Of a stretch of 64,000 bases of DNA, positions 53,321 through 64,000 are shown one piece after another. Each line of letters starts with the position of its first letter. The stretch's first letter is position 1. Both the position numbers and the translations under genes were made by a program. Origin of the DNA: Chlorokybus atmophyticus (Eukaryota > Plantae > Mesostigma and Chlorokybus algae); contig RHPI01002069.1 of the NCBI GenBank assembly GCA_009103225.1, positions 583,378 through 647,377 of the forward strand, in the 5' to 3' direction. The notes under the pieces were generated by a model. That model searched no databases and was not told where the DNA came from. It saw nothing but the letters and a program-made list of their open reading frames with translations.

Positions 53321-54427
53321 CAGCAACTCCCGTGATATCTTTAATGCACACCGCAACCACATCCTCCTTTTATTGAATGGGCTTCTGAGGTGCTCCACTA
53401 TTCTCTAAGTCATTGTGGCAAATAGCTTGGTTGTCGTATTGGTTGGTTCTTGTGAATGAATATCCCACTTTATGCGCTGAGAAACACCATGCATGTTAGT
53501 GCGACAACGGGTTTCACCTTGTGAGGACATCTTATTTGTTATAACTATTTAACAATGGTAAAGCCAAGCACTTGCAAGTATTATTTTAAGCATATGCACT
53601 CAATGCACAGCACAACAATGTGATATGTATACTACGGGTCTTTTGAATATTGCATATCACTATACGTGGCTACACATTCATTGCACTATTATTTGCCGAT
53701 CCCTGCGCCAAATTGCGTAGCAAGTTGCTCGTTGTTGCACGATATGCAGTATTTAATGGAGCCCCATGCTTGTGTGTGCATTTGGTTGTTTGTTGCGCTT
53801 GTTAACTTATGTGCACATTAAGACAAGCTACCTTGTGCCAATACTTGGTCCTATTGACAAGTACAGCCATTTGTCGATGCACACATGACATCTGAGCCTA
53901 TTGGTTAAATGGAATTGTTAAGCTAATATAATTGCACATTAACAAATTCATCTCACCAATCAACAGTATTACATAGCGCATTAGACATATAACCGCAAAC
54001 ACCCAAGTCATAGGCATGTATACACGTATTCGAGTACGCATGGTCAGCTCAGCAAACAGCAATGCGCAAAAGCAATATCCGATACAGATGCTCTCATGCT
54101 CTGAATACCTCCAATGTTCACAACATATCACTCTACACGAAACATTCCGCACCAGCTGGCTACATCAAATAAGCACTAGGAAAACTCCTCATCAAAGGTT
54201 ACGGTCTCCCTCTACTCCCTCTACTTCAACCACCCCATTGTGATGCAGACCACAATGCTGCTGCAAATCAACGCTACCACTGACCATGCTAAATAGCATT
54301 GCTATCCCTACTACTAACCAATTAACAACGCTCCATGAGCACTCCATGACTCACCTGACCTGCACACCTGTATACTGCCCCTATCATCGCCTCATGAATG
54401 CTCAATCTACCTGCTCAACCGCCTTGC

Positions 54428-57400
54428 TTATGGCTGAAATGTAGGCGCCTGCCTCTTCCCGCCCCATGTTGCCTCGTACAGCAGCCGTCTCGGCGTGTCC
54501 AGGTACGGATCCTCCTCCCTCTTGCGCAGCAGATACTACAGGCACACATATAAGAACTAGTGTCATACTCACTGCCAATACTGCCAATACTAAGAAACAC
54601 TCATGCTCACCTCAATGTCAGACTCAAGCTGCGACTTAACCTGCCCGTACAGCTCTGCAGCCACGGCACGGTCCTTCACAGCTTGCTTCCAGTCCCTTGT
54701 GTCAAAGGCCTTCCCAAAGAGAAAGTAATACCTGCGCACACAAAATGACAACAACAACAAGTCTTATCACTTGGTCATCATGAGACCAGCCTTCAAAGCG
54801 GGTGGACCATGCTTCAAAGCGTTTTGACCAGTCAGAAACCACGAAACCGAACTATATGTACCTTGACGGCAGTGTGGGATACCCAAGAGGCTGCACAAAG
54901 GTCTCGTCCACAGCCGCCGGGTTGAGCTGTCTCGCAGCGGGGAAGTTGCGGATCTGAGCCTTGAGCCAATCGCCTACGCAGAACAACACATCAACCACCA
55001 TCACACATGTGCATGTACACCTCACATATGCACGGTAGCAGCCAAGTTTATCCGCAACCCTTACCGATGAAGGGCGCTTGTAGCAGCTCGTTTGAGTCTA
55101 GAAGTATCCTGAAGCCGTCCTCGCCGCCGACGGAAGCAATCGGCACGATCACGGCATCCAGGCGTGCCGCAAGCCGAACAAACTCAGGCGTGTCCGGCCA
55201 AAACAGCCTGTATGATTCGCCCCTCCGCTTGAACGCCTCTCTTACGCCGCCCGGGTACAACAACACCGCTTGCTGATGAGATTTGTAACACACACAAGTA
55301 AGCATGTGAGCACATCAACAAACACGCAGTGTTCATCAACATATTTGTACCTTCTCGCTGAGGAGCTTGTAAGCATTCTTTCCCGACACCTGCACAGCGC
55401 CAAATTCTTGGAACAGCCGGCTGAGACCGCCTGCGCCCCCGTTGTTGCCATTGCCGGTGCCCCCGAAGATGATCGGGTGAGCGAGCCCACGCAACATGAC
55501 GCCGGTCTGCTCGTACACGCCCTTGATCAAAGGGCCGAGGTCGGGTGCGTTCAGCTGGTGATTGCCCACAAAGAGCACGGGCCGGTTGCCAAAGGACTGC
55601 GGCGTGGGCATGTGGGTGAGGCCCAGGGACACTTGGTTCTTGTTGTCAGTGGAAAGGAATATCGGTGACACGAGGCGGTGCTGAATGCCAATGAAGCCCT
55701 TGTCAAGGGCGGCCATGCGCTCCTTCGAGGGTGGCACGAAGTCCGAGACAAATGAAGTTGGTTCTTTCTGTCTGGCCTGCAGCTTGCGTGTGTACAACCC
55801 AGCTGCCAGTATCTCTGAGGCCACGTCCACGTCGGCCTCTAGCAGCAGTGCGTGGCCGCTCTGCACAATGTGTGTGTGAGCGTGTGCGCGCGTGTGTATG
55901 CACGTACTGGAGAGCGTCTCATATGGCAGACAGGTACCCAGACACACATGCCCACCTGTCCACCGACATGTCACTAGACAGGTGGGCATGTGCACTTTAT
56001 GGCCCATGTCACTCCTGCCATTTATGTGCTTACCTCCGGGAACTCACGGAGGGTGCATTGTGGAAGAGTGTCCCTCAAGCGGCGGCCTTCCTTAGCCGAA
56101 GGCACAAGGTTATCACGCCCGGCGGCCAGCACCAGAGTGGGAGTAGTGGACTCTGATAACCGCCCGTTTACAAACACTGCACCCTCCTGTACACAACCGC
56201 CCATCAGGGATGTGGTAAGATGAGATACTGCAGACATGTGAGTTTGATCAAGCTGTAGCACCTTCAACAGGCCAAGTTTCCATTGAAGGGTGTCGCGCGG
56301 AAACAGGTCGGTGAGGGTTTGCAGGCCTGGCAGCATCTTCAGCAAGGTTTGCGACAACTCTGCAGCATACTCCTGCATAACATGAAACATGAGCTGGCTT
56401 GTCCAACACCAATGCAAAGCAACAGGTGGGTGAAGCTGGAGGATCATGGTACACCTGAGGCGGGAGCCCATCTTTGACAAACAACTGCGCCATCTTAACT
56501 GGGTCTCCCAGAGCAGGCATAATCGCAAATGGCACGCGCTCGTAGACCTATGAGCCATCATTAGTGACACATGCATGTGCACACATGCACAACAGCACAT
56601 AAGTGCACTCGCCTCCGATGGCAGGCCGGGTAGCAGCGGGAACAGCGGGGCAAGATTGGCTTTATCATAGCACGTGGCAGGGTTCGCCAACACCAAAGCG
56701 GTGAGACTAGTTGCTGACTTGCTGTTTGCAGCAGGAGCAGACTTGGCCTCCGCAGACAGAGCGATGTCAACGGCGAGGGCCATCATCCCACCGAACGACT
56801 CACCCAGTAGATAGATGGGTTGGTCCGGAGAAGCTGCTCGTGCAGCACGCACATGCGTAAGGACCACATCCAGGAGACCCCGGAAGTGCGTGCGATCGTC
56901 ACGCGGGACGTGCAGGCACTGGACCTCAAACAGCCTGCGCGAGCGTGCACAGCATGGTTACACCTGTGTATGCATACACCTTGTGCATGCAGGGAAAGCT
57001 GCATGCATGCCTACCGCATGAGTGGTTTGAACTGAAACCATGCCGAGAAGCCGGTCCCATCAATGCCTGGCGCACGCCAAGAGCGCTGTATTAGAGTTGG
57101 AGCAGCAGTAATCAGCAAGGTAAAAGTGTTGTGTGAAGAGGAGTAAAAAAGTTACCAGGCAAGTAGAGCAAGAGGGGTGCATTGAGCGGCGGCCTAGTGT
57201 TGGCATCCACCAAGGGGCAGAAGAAGCGCGGCGGTCCCGTGCCATCCCGCACAACATCACCCACTGTCAACTCCTGCATGTGCAACACACTCTTGAAGTC
57301 CTGCAAACAGCAACTACACATGCATGCACCCAGACTGCTCACCTTGGCAGCAACACCAACTTCCTCCCCTGTCTTCAAGCTTAAGTAGCCTGTTGTCACA

Positions 57401-57573
57401 AGCATTGTGCGTCGAGCAGCACTGTGGTGCTGCCGCGTGGGAATGGAAGCTCTACGAGAGCGCAGTGGACATGGAGTCCGTCTATGGGCTGCTTGTGTGT
57501 GGCACGTGTGGTGCTGTGAGACTTGGGAATGAAGGGCCTGGGTGGGCACTGGGTGCACTTGGTGGGTTAACAT
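54428..57573 (-). CDS. Phytyl ester synthase-like (alpha/beta-hydrolase + acyltransferase; PES1/2 family); 5' end uncertain
   Basis: DGTGPPRFFCPL...PLLLYLPG; IYLLGESFGG; LVLANPAT; SGHALLLE; RPVLFVGNHQL; LRGLAHP; LLYPGGVREAFKRRGESYRLFWP; ends YLLRKREEDPY...APTFQP*. Confidence 0.87.
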
Positions 57574-58511
57574 CTGTGACGAGAAGAAAGAATGTTCACC
57601 TCGAGCACAGTAGTGAATTTGTTACTGGGCTATGTCAATCAAAGCGAGCAAGGCCTTGACTTGCTGCTCCACTAGACGTGCAAATGCTGTGCTGCCTAAG
57701 CAACGCATGCATGCAGGGATGGCAACCCACATATGATCGCACCGCATGCATGCACGTGATCCCCCAGCTTCAAACACCCGCAACACCTCCACAGCATGAA
57801 GTTATTCACTTGATCAGTGCTTGAGGCAAGACGGTGTTGCTTGTAGTCTGTTTGATCGTACCACTTCTAGCTGTTTGCCGTGATCCCCCTATCCGTTATA
57901 ACATCACCCAAACATAAGGTGTAAAACTTCTGTCGAGGTGCACAACCGTTGACAACGGTGACTGTGCTGCCTTTGCATGTACGTCAACCTGCGACTGCTT
58001 GAGGACTGTGCTTGCTCTTCAAGCCTCAGACAGTACAGCAGAAGATGTCAAACATGCTAACAAGCGTGTTTGACATGCCCTATTCTGGCGTCCTTCGTTA
58101 TGAAATCAGACAGAGACGACACCACAAGTAACAATAAAGCACTGCCGCCCCACCGGACAGCCAGCTGCAGCTTAATCTCTCACCGTGGCCTGCATGTCGT
58201 CCCAGCGCAGCGCAACCGGAATTGTTTGCTCACCAGTTCAACGCCTTGGACTTGCGCTTCAACACCAAAGGGTTACAAAGGCACCACCACCACTGCCTAC
58301 ATCAACAAGAATATCGACGCCGACAACACCAACCATCACGACAACGGCAGAGCATAGGGCTCAACGTTTCGGCACAGCTGCCCCACGCGGTAACATCGAG
58401 GCCGTCCAGCTGAGAGATGTCATTGCACGACCGCGATTATCTCAAACTTGGGCTGAAGTCGATAACGTCCTAGTTAGCGACAACGTTATGTCTGATGAGA
58501 TAAGCCGAAAT

Positions 58512-58519
58512 TAGGGTTT
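58512..58519 (-). promoter_or_regulatory. Telo-box upstream of plastid rpl18
   Basis: tagggttt, ~55 bp before the ATG. Confidence 0.5.
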
Positions 58520-58573
58520 GTGGCGAGCGAGGCGGCGGCGTGGCAGCGTGTTGTAGCAGCGGCGGCGGGAGCA

Positions 58574-59682
58574 ATGGCGGCTGCATTTGGGATGGCGGCG
58601 TCCACCTCCACACTCGTGTCGTACGACGGTCTGAGGCGATCGGCCCCGGAAGCGGCGACCGCATTGCGGCTGCCGGCGGCACGGCTGCAAGGTGAGGCAA
58701 TTTAAGTGCAGGCAAGTGGGTGCTGTGACTCCCTGTATTACACAATACACAATGTAGATAGTTGTGAGCGCAGCTTGCAGCTGACGAGGTTGGATGTTCT
58801 TTTGTGGAGGCTGATTCAGTTGCTTTTGCACTAGCAGCGCAGCGCCCGTTGCAGGTTGTTGCCAAGCAGGATGACCCAAAAACAAAGGCCAAGAAACGCC
58901 ATCTGCGAGTGCGCAAGAAGGTAACCACGCCGTACCGGTAGCATGCTGTGACGTCCTAGTATTGCAGGTTGAAGGCATGGGTCGAATGCACGCTATTATC
59001 AGTTGTGCTTGCAGGGTTGCGCGTCATGTTCAGTGTCTTTGGCCTTGAAAGGTTGATCCTGTTTGCTATTCTCAATCACTCATCTGAATTGCAATGCTGT
59101 CCGCAGTGTCGCATTGTGAGACATGTACAGCTGAAGCGTGCATTGCCTCTCCTCGTGCACTAACTTGGGCTTCTCAGGTGACTGGCACAGAGGAGCGCCC
59201 GCGGCTGTCTGTGTACCGATCAAATAACCATATTTTTGCTCAAGTGATCGATGACACAAGGGGAGTGACCATTGCAGCAGCTGGCACTCTGCAAGCTGAC
59301 ATCAAGGGTGAACTCGGTCAGACAGGCAATGTGGTAAGTTCATTGTACAGCGTCTATTTTCGCTAGCACAGCTCCAGCTTAATTCAATGGTTGCTGCTGA
59401 TGTACTGCATTCACCACGATGGATGTGTGGTGAAAGCAGTACATCCTCGGCAGTGTTGATGAAGCTGTGCTTGTGAGAGATGGTCGATGCAGTTTTATTT
59501 TGTTCTGTTTTGGACATGTTTGTTGTCTGCAGACTGCTGCTGCTGCGGTTGGTGAGAAGCTGGCCAAGTTGTGCTTGGAGAAGGGCGTCTCAAAGGTCTC
59601 ATTTGACCGCGGCGGCTTTTTGTACCACGGCCGTGTCAAGGCTGTTGCGGATGCTGCTCGCAGTGGTGGACTTGTGTTCTAA
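58574..59682 (+). CDS. rpl18: Plastid 50S ribosomal protein L18 (uL18c), 4 exons
   Basis: Transit peptide, then [10 protein letters not shown] / [26 protein letters not shown] / [28 protein letters not shown]. Confidence 0.95.
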
Positions 59683-61960
59683 TTTAAAATTACGCCTACA
59701 TATTATTGCATGCTGCCTATCTGCCAGTGCTTGTCCTGCCCACATGGCATATTTTGACTATTGCAGGCAATGGGACTTGACTGGATGTGCACATGGCATG
59801 ATCAGTGCAGCTGCCTACTGCAAGAACCAGCAAACAGTTGACATCATGCAGGTCATTCAATTGTGCGCTCGCTGTCTACATCAGTGTTACCATGCTTGTC
59901 CGGCATAGTGTGCAACAGAGCGGTGAGGGTATTAGCTGTGCGTAGTATGCTGCGCGGTGTTAGTGTACGTGGCGGACATGCTGCGGGACTAGACAACCTG
60001 TGCATATATTCATACACACATTGGTGGCCAAAGTGTTCCGCATAACTTAGCTGACGCAAATGATGTGGTCAATGTCACCAAACTGCAAACTCCTTGTCCA
60101 TCAAGTGGTTGTGAATGTCATGACAACCAACAATGCCACAAGACAATCAACAATGCCACAAGACAACCACACGAACGCAGAGTGGGGGGGCTCGCTACCA
60201 AGACTAAGTGCAATAGCTGTAGAGACCGTAGAGAGCAAGGGGATGTGAAATCACTAGTATGCAACATCGTCACACCAAGCTACGTACTGTCATCCCTGCC
60301 TATCACTGTACAAGCATACTCACACGCATGCCAGCGGCATGCAAGCACGCCTACACACCTGGGGAAGGCAAGGCAAAAGCACAAGTAGATGATCGCCTGC
60401 CAGAACCGAAGGTAAAGAGGTCAGCGATGCTCACGCCTCCAGCACCTCGCACGACCATCACAACTTCAAAGGCCCGAGAGGCTCGCCACCCACTTCCTAA
60501 TGACTCCATTGTTTGTAACTCCGGTATGTTTTGCTATGCTAACACTTAGGGTGCTATGCTAACACTTAGGGTACAATACAGGGGCCCGAAATACAAGCAG
60601 GTCAGGTAATAATGCACATTAGAGAGAGCAATGAACAACACATACACGTTTCAACCACCTCACCTCAACTAGTTAGCTTCAGGCTAAGTTAGGCTAGATT
60701 AGGCAAGAAGACCCGCGCAGCAACTTACCCTCGTCCATTGTAAAGTACAGCACTCCACACGACCAATCCCAAGACACCCACAAGCTGCCGGCAGCTTGTG
60801 GGTGTCCTGAGGGTGATGAAGAGTGGCGCCACCCTTGATCACCCTCATCCATGGTACAGTTATAAGTGGCCATTAGTATCAATGAGTCAGCCCACGCACG
60901 ACAACAAGTCCATGAACTGAGCAACATACCCTCATCTGAAGCACGCCACACAACCGCAAACTAAAGTGAAAATGTTGTGAGCAAGTGTGTTGATCCTCCG
61001 ATAAGGTTGATGCGGCAGATGGACCGGGATAATGCATTACTCCCATCCGCTGAAGGCAATAACCAGCGTACAAGAGAAGGTATGCTTTAGTGCGGACATG
61101 CATGTTGCAATCGACATGCACCATGACGTGCACCACGAAAAGCAGAAGCTGCCCGGCACATGACAGGGTGCTGGCTTTGTGTGCATGTATGCATTCTGGC
61201 TGCGCAACCATATGGCACCAGCACCGTGAAGGATGGCGCGGGGGTCAAGCACTATTAGGCGTCCTGTCAGTCCGTTTTGCAATGGCTGCTGCTGCTGAAG
61301 CCAAGGCCTAACCTCTGCACCCTCTCCCACTCCCTATGCTCTGCAGGTGGTACCCCTCTGACTGCTAGTCCCTTTCCCTCCCCAACCCGTATCTGCCTGC
61401 TGGTGTTTGAGGGTCGTAGCTGCTTTTGTCCTAGCTACCATAGAAGTATGCCACAGCTCTAGCTTGCCTCCATGACATTATGTTCATTGTTCGGTGTGTT
61501 GCTGAGAGATGCATTGGGCCCCTTCCCACGTGAGTTGCTGCTTTGCAGCACCTATGTTTGCTATGTCACAACTTCATGCATCGCACGTTTTACCTGACAT
61601 GCATAGCTTGATGGCGGCACACTACTCGTAGGCGCAACCCAGTGCAATTACTCTGCAAACTGCAAGCAATGCAAATACAAGCCAACTTACCAAGTACCCA
61701 CGGCAACATACATGTCAGATTTCACAACAGACCATTGCGGAGTGACAGAGAAACAACGGGTTTCACATGTACACCAAAGTTCAAAGCTGATCATCAAACA
61801 AAACGAGACGCAACAGGCACAAACTACACGAGTGCACTGTACAGTGCCTACTACTCTACCTCTACACGAGCAGACCAGAGCTGCTGTTGTTCAACGCAAC
61901 ATTCAACAGCTGGAATGGAAAGCTGCAAGGCCTCGGCTGCCTTGGCCGCGTGGAGCCATG

Positions 61961-63244
61961 TCACTGGCGGGAGATGACCTGACGCCACCGTCTGAATCCG
62001 GCATGGATCTCTTCAGGTCTACCACCCTTCTCTATGCTCTGCCGCCAGAAATGCATAGCCGTGCGTGGGGACATGGGACGGCGCTGGCCGACCTCACCCT
62101 TTCCACCCTCGCGCATTGCCGTCAGAAGACCATCATCCGCAAACTGTGTCTGCGTTGCGCTGGTGACCAACATCTTACCCGCTCTCTGAGCCTTTGGTTG
62201 CTGCTTGACTTGCACGGCACCATTGCTTGTTTTGCTTCTGGTGGCCAAGTCTGCAACCTTCGCCCTGTCAGACTCGCTTGCAGAGCTTGCCTGCTGTGTT
62301 GTGTATGACTGGGTTGTGTGTGTCTTGGGCGTCCAGTCCGAAGCGCCGCCAGACACCACAGACACATCGTCATCTTCTGACATGGAGTCATCGTCAAGGT
62401 CATCAAGATCTTCCAGTGGTGCATGTGTCCCAGCCTCAGTTGCCGCATAAATCTGCATGCACGAAGAAAGATTGGCAACATGTCGCCAGGCGCATGATGC
62501 ATGCATTTGGTGCATTGCACAGATGGCTGAGCAGGCCGAGCAGCAGGCAATTGCATTGACAGCTTCGCAAACAGATGGTGACATTACCTCATCCACTTCA
62601 TCCACATTCTCCAAAGAGCTGAGATCAGCGCAGTCTTCAGCAATGCTCTCCGAGTACACCGACATGCGGTCTGATCTGGGAAAATCGGCAGCTGGGGTGC
62701 GATGTTGCTTGCGTTTGATAGCAGCAGCCAGCGCTACATTGGCTGCATTGAAGCGAGGGGAGGAGGGAGTGGATGACTTGGCTGATGACGAGGCGTCATA
62801 GTGTGCGGCGGTGCGCGGTGCAACTTCGGGCTGGAGATCGGTGTCCAGCGAATGTGCCAGGCTGGACTTGCTGGAGGTGCGACTGGGAGCGATGATGCCG
62901 CTCTTGCCGGCCGAAGAGTCTAGGCTGTACAGGCTGTTGCTGCTGCCAAAACGGGCATCCTTGCGAAAGCCCTGACCTTTGGCTAGGGAGATCTTGGTGG
63001 TGGTGACGGCGACTTCCTTGGCAGGCTTCTCCACGGCATCCAGGAGCACCTTGTGCCCGTCCATCTTCGTGGCGGCGACGTCGTCCGAGCCATACTCCCT
63101 GCGGACCTTCGCAGCCCGCCTTGCAGGAGCTTTGACAGGGCCGCCCTCAGAAGAAGAGGCCGATCTCACCGACGCCATTGAGGTGGACCTACCGCCGGCG
63201 CTTCCGGCGTACGACGGCAGCGTCCGCTTGCTCTCTACCAACAT
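61961..63244 (-). CDS. Unknown Ser/Asp-rich, largely disordered protein
   Basis: Long ORF from MLVESKRT with one plausible intron (~62455-62582); C-terminal SPRTAMHFWRQSIEKGG motif; upstream leader exon and telo-box at 63884-63891. No family recognised. Confidence 0.55.
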   Translation of the reverse strand: MLVESKRTLPSYAGSAGGRSTSMASVRSASSSEGGPVKAPARRAAKVRREYGSDDVAATKMDGHKVLLDAVEKPAKEVAVTTTKISLAKGQGFRKDARFGSSNSLYSLDSSAGKSGIIAPSRTSSKSSLAHSLDTDLQPEVAPRTAAHYDASSSAKSSTPSSPRFNAANVALAAAIKRKQHRTPAADFPRSDRMSVYSESIAEDCADLSSLENVDEVDEVMSPSVCEAVNAIACCSACSAICAMHQMHASCAWRHVANLSSCMQIYAATEAGTHAPLEDLDDLDDDSMSEDDDVSVVSGGASDWTPKTHTTQSYTTQQASSASESDRAKVADLATRSKTSNGAVQVKQQPKAQRAGKMLVTSATQTQFADDGLLTAMREGGKGEVGQRRPMSPRTAMHFWRQSIEKGGRPEEIHAGFRRWRQVISRQ

Positions 63245-64000
63245 TCCCACGATGTAGGCGCTTGCTTGCTTCGCCGCCGTCCGTATAGGTGAATGCCGGC
63301 GCTGATGGTCAGGTGTGCCTCGCCGCGGCCATGCTGCAGCTAGGCACCGGCTTCCAGCCTCAATGTAAGCCGGCAACGAAGCCTACTCCCTCTGCAATGC
63401 AATGCCGCATGTCAGCAAACACGTTTGTAACACAGCATTGACGAGAAAGGCACCGTAAACCCCAAGACCAACCCACGACATCAGCCAACTCCTCATGCAG
63501 CTCGGATCTAGCTCTAGCGACCTAGAGCTACGTCAGTGTACCATCAGTCAGCAGGTAGGCAAAAAAGATTTCGCAATGCATGCGCTTACCACTTCGACTG
63601 CAGCTTCGTCGGGACGTCCGCCGGACGCCTACTGCTCCATCGCCTTCTTCGCCGCCGCTTGCGCCGCCGCCGGGACCGCCTGTCGCCTCACCCCGCCACC
63701 GCGTGCACTGGGGTCAGTGCAATGCGCTGGATTACTACCAGTGTGAACGCGTACACTGACTGACTGGAGGACAATGCGTAGGTAATGTGTAGGTGATTAT
63801 ACCGTGCAGAATGCACCGCGTAGATGGCGGGGAAATGAGGGTGCCATCTCGTGAACTAGCAAGGGGGGATGGACACCAGAACCAAACCCTAGTCAGGGTA
63901 TGGCTGCGACCAATGCGTTAGCTAACGTTGTGAGTGTCCAGGGGGTGCTCGCTCGGAGGAAGAATTTGGGGATCGGCGTCGCCCCTCTGCGGTGGCACTC

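Noticed and set aside
58235-58340. SAM-binding-like peptide VDILVDVGSGGG on the minus strand
   Set aside because: Short frame bounded by stops in a divergent promoter/5' region, with no other methyltransferase motifs.
60532-60572. 20-bp tandem duplication containing TTAGGG
   Set aside because: A simple two-copy slippage event with no supporting structure.

Overview
Eukaryotic green-lineage (Viridiplantae, probably algal) genomic DNA with GT/GC-AG introns, read in the standard genetic code. Host genes: 5' end of a plastid-targeted gene; a mitochondrial PPR protein (At4g35850-like); a plastid CreA-family protein; SNU114/EFTUD2; a TBL2-like WD40 protein; mitochondrial Lon; an EF-hand/TPR protein; CYP51; a phytyl ester synthase-like protein; plastid uL18; and one unknown gene. 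There are two accessory regions. (1) At 7.5-22.2 kb, a ~1.7-2.1 kb direct duplication that includes the last codons of SNU114 brackets an ~11 kb decayed composite. Inside it, a 7.2 kb cassette delimited by a 26-29 bp palindrome family holds two convergent, intron-containing pseudogenes: a ParB-like + beta-class amino-DNA-methyltransferase + PHD-finger fusion, and a SAP-like/Zn-finger + HNH endonuclease. Next to the cassette are a perfect 28-bp hairpin and a Plavaka/CACTA-like transposase fragment. (2) At 45.8-52.8 kb, a young, full-length chromovirus (Ty3/gypsy) has an in-frame UAG between gag and pol and a Dam/DIRS-methylase-like segment ahead of the protease. It is inserted into fossil HNH repeats of the same family. 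All protein identifications come from motif recognition by eye, not from database searches.
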